Shown here one piece after another: positions 59,777-64,000 of a stretch of 64,000 nt of DNA; within the stretch, counting starts at the first letter, position 1, and each line of letters starts with the position of its first letter. The DNA is from the human T2T-CHM13v2.0 reference genome, Homo sapiens. The stretch lies in the NCBI RefSeq assembly GCF_009914755.1, contig NC_060929.1. One strand, 5' to 3'. Below the pieces are notes generated by a model, which saw only the letters and a program-made list of their open reading frames with translations, was not told the origin of the DNA and ran no database searches. The translations under genes and the position numbers were made by a program.

Positions 59777-61389
59777 TCAATGATGTAAAAGACAAAGACA
59801 GTCTGTGAAAATGCTCCTACAGATTTAGGCAGTGCTGAGGACATATCACTGGCTCCTGTATTGCAGGCAGAAAATGCTACAAAACGGCATAATTAGGTCA
59901 ATTCACTAAAGTTAGTGACCTTAATGTGGTTGTGTAAGAGAATATTCCTGTCATCACCCTGAAGTATTTAGGGGTGAGGGGCTGCACATAAGGTGACCAC
60001 ATCAAATGGTTCTGATACAATTATGTGCACGTATGTAAACGCATGTGTGTGCCTGTGTGTGCGAAAAGGGAGGGAGGGAGAGAGAGATAAATAATTTTAA
60101 GAATGGGGTAAAATTTAAAAAGGTGAACTTGGGTATAGGATATATGGGTGTTCTTTGTACTTTTTTAAACCTTTGCAACTTTTCTGCAAATTCTGTGAAT
60201 TTGAAATTATTTTAAATAAAACATTAAAAAAAAAGAAGGGGAAGGGGCATACAAATTAAAACTCCAGGTAAGGATTCCCCAAGGCGGAGCGGGCAGAGCC
60301 CTGGGCTAGGTCCGGAGGGGAGGGTGCGGGCTTCCCTGCTGTGTGTCTTTCCTTGGGAAACAGGTCCTCGGGTGTTCATGATCACATTTTGCTTTGTGAC
60401 TTGGACACTATCTTTTGTATGTTATCAAGTAATATGCTGCAAAAGATAAAAAAGAGTTCACCTCATCTCAGGAAAGACATTCCTGGCTGTACCAGGTGGA
60501 GCTCTGAATTGCTGTGGCCTGAGTTCCTGTCATCTTTTCGTCTGAGGCATAAAATGAGTCACATATCTTCTTTGTTTTTCATCCCCCACAATTTCCCATA
60601 CAATCGCACCCCCGACCCCCGATTTCCGATATTCTCAGGCGGGGACAGGAGGCACTGAAGTGTAAGAGAAACTGCTAAGTTGGGCAGACAGACCAGTTAA
60701 CTGCTCTGAGTTTTAAAATGCCAATTAAAAAAAAACCTGCCTTCCCTTGGTGAGAGGGTCAGCTGCTGGCTCTGGGACTCAGGAGGCCTGGCCTGGGGGT
60801 CAAGAGGCTGCCCATGGTGGGGCGGACCCTGGGAGCAGCAGCAGATGAAAACGAGAGGATGGGGACAGGCAACAGGTGGGACCCTCGAGGTCCCTGCACA
60901 GGAAAGGGCTGCGTCCTAGCCAGAGAGCAAGGTTTGAGGTGTGGGCTCAGGCACAGGCTGGGCTCTCAGTGGGTGATGGTGACAGCTGCTGCGATGTGGA
61001 CTGGAAGTGGGTGTGGGGAAAGGGGAGGTGCAGCCCCCATCTGCAGGTCCTAGAGCAAAGGTCAGAAGCTCAGAAGCTGGTCCCCGCTGAGAGAAGTCAG
61101 GCATGTGTGAGGCGAAGTGCGCTGGCCAACAGTGTGTGTGCCTTGACATGCACTGCGTAGGTGAGAGAATCTGGCAAACAAGGGGGTGGCCAGCACTGCT
61201 CCAGCCACCTGCAGCCAAGTAGGAATGGCCCCGTGTTGGCAGATGTTCTGATTCTCCAAGGGAAACCAGAAATCCGAGTTTTACATGAGATCTGTGAGGA
61301 TTCTGAAGTGTTGGCTCAAAGCACCTTAAAATGAGAGGCAGGCCTGACAACTACAAGATGGCCCCAATAGGGACCTCCTTACTGAGCAC

Positions 61390-62138
<749 letters not shown>

Positions 62139-63049
62139 CGAAGGTAATCTGCAGACAAACAAAGCAGTGATGGAGGCCCAGGAGGACTATGGTGGGGACT
62201 TGGGAGGCATCCAGAATGGGCCCAGAGCCACGGACAGGGTGTCCAATCATTGGAACTGGACAAAGTGAAGGACCTGTGCCAGACAGAGCCTGTCAGTGAG
62301 GGTGCAAACACCTTCTGAGACAGCAGACCCCAAGGAGAAGACACAAAGGGCCAGGACCCACGGTGAGTCTAAGCAGACCTACAGGTAAACCAGCCCCCCA
62401 AGTCCATGGCTGTTGGGGCCTTCAGACTATAAATGAGGTTTCCCATAGGACATACCCACTCTGCACTGCAGCAGAGCCGGTGAAGCACGTGGTAGGCCGG
62501 GTCTGCTGAAGGCCGGGAGGAGGAGGGTTGAACAAACAGAGAAAAACAAAAAACAGCACAGGCCTGCTCTGGGCCGGCGCCGAATGATCATGTCACTCCT
62601 TCCCCCTGGGCTGCAGCCTGTCCTGGCAGTCAGGTCTCAGCCTGGAGGATATTTTCCAGTCCTGGGCGAGGGTGGTTTCCGGCCTACCAAATGACTGACA
62701 GTTCTTTAGGCCTCAGGCTTCCTGGGTGCCCCACACCACTGCAGCCTGCACACCAGGGCAGCAGCTGGTGCGTGCACTCCAGGGACTTGATCAGAAACCA
62801 GGGGACCCCAGGGTACATCTGCAGGCTGGCTTCAGGGGCAGCAGAAGCCATGGATATAGCCTATTCCTCCCCATCCAACCAAGGAACATCTCCCTGGGCA
62901 GGCATGAGCAAAGAGCAATGCCTGGGCCAACAAGGAACTCCGTGGGAGGTGGGAAGTAGGGTCTGGATGGGAGCAAGAGGCCTGGTGTGGGGCTGTGGTC
63001 ACTCCTGACCATATTAACGCAATTATGTGTGGAATAAAGCAAGGATTTA

Positions 63050-63810
63050 ACACTGCTGTTTCTAATTCTCACTAATGACGACAAGATTTTACTTAATTTA
63101 TACTTCTTCCCTCACAATGAAAACCTTCTCAAAGATATTAATACAATTACTTATGGTTACATATGTAAATTTGTATATATCATAGTTTCAAAACAATACC
63201 ATTTTTATTACCAACAATGAGACTACTGAACACAGTTTAGGTTTTATTTGTGGTTCTTTTTGTCTCTTTGTCCCACTTGGAATGCACGAATTACTGCGTT
63301 CAAAGTCACTTGAAACAATTCTCTGTGAGGTTAAGCCATCAATTTTGTATACAGGACTGTTTGTTTTCAATATTAAGAGATGATTTTTATTCGTTTTAGT
63401 TTAATTTTGTTTTCTAGTTAAAAAACACTTGCAGCGTTGCAAAGCCAGCTTATAAAACAGGGTACATTTCTGTTTGTAGCCTTGTGGTTTATTCTTCCAT
63501 TGTCTCCTTTTCAAAATAAAAGCAAATATGTAGACACACTCCTATTTCCTCCTTTTTCTTATATAAAAGGCAGCATATTCTCTACACAGTTCTGCACCTG
63601 GGCTCCTCCAGTCGGCAATATCCTGACAGTAACTTTGTGGTGATAGTAGAGTCCCTCCTCATTGCCTCTTACAGCCCCACACAACACCACAGAGTGGGCG
63701 GACACTGTCCAGCCAGTCCCTTGGATGGATCCTTGAGAAACTTCCGATCTTTAGCTTTACAAAGAGTGCTGCAAGGTACAGTCCTGTTCACGTGTAAGTT
63801 CATGCTTTTG
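63050..63810 (-). mobile_element. Old L1ME 3' fragments
   Basis: ttcaaaacaataccatttttattaccaacaatgagactactgaa; tcctttttcttatataaaaggcagcatattctctacacagttctgcacc. Confidence 0.55.
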
Positions 63811-64000
63811 GGAAGACTCCATTTTGAATCCTCCCCCTCACTGTGAAACCGTTAGCTGGCCACTTCCCGTGCAAAGCCTCAGGTCCCTGCTCTGTAAGAC
63901 GCTGATAATAATAGTTTCTAGCTCACAGCTCAAAAGGGCCTGGTGCATGGTCGACAGTCAATAAATGTTTGCTGTTTTCTTTCATCTGAGAATCTTGATT

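Overview
Primate (very probably human or great-ape) non-coding genomic DNA, intronic or intergenic. I find no recognisable protein-coding exon, CpG island, rRNA/tRNA gene or CRISPR array, and I cannot name the locus. The supplied ORFs are Alu, L1, LTR or tandem-repeat read-throughs, or chance ORFs. Roughly half the window is interspersed repeats: 33 Alu elements or monomers (22 plus, 11 minus; AluJ/S/Y and monomers, many with visible TSDs), long tracts of old L1M mostly on the plus strand, a short young L1PA insertion, MaLR/ERVL LTRs, Tigger3a and MER2 DNA transposons, and MIR/L4. Subfamily names come from my recall of consensus sequences, not a RepeatMasker run; old-repeat boundaries are approximate. 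Structures that stand out: a near-perfect 12 x 30 bp VNTR born at the junction of two nested, inverted MST LTRs (4483-4842); a 170 bp dispersed duplication 2255 bp apart, each copy starting at a G-quadruplex motif; a perfect 83 bp tandem duplication; a probable ancient CR1/L3 ORF2 relic with a CpG-rich patch (about 42.6-43.4 kb); a 35 bp A-tailed micro-insertion with TSDs; and candidate minus-strand non-coding exons, including a 101 nt GT-AG intron at 19.4 kb. I see no convincing evidence of a wholly new biological system; the findings are testable hypotheses.
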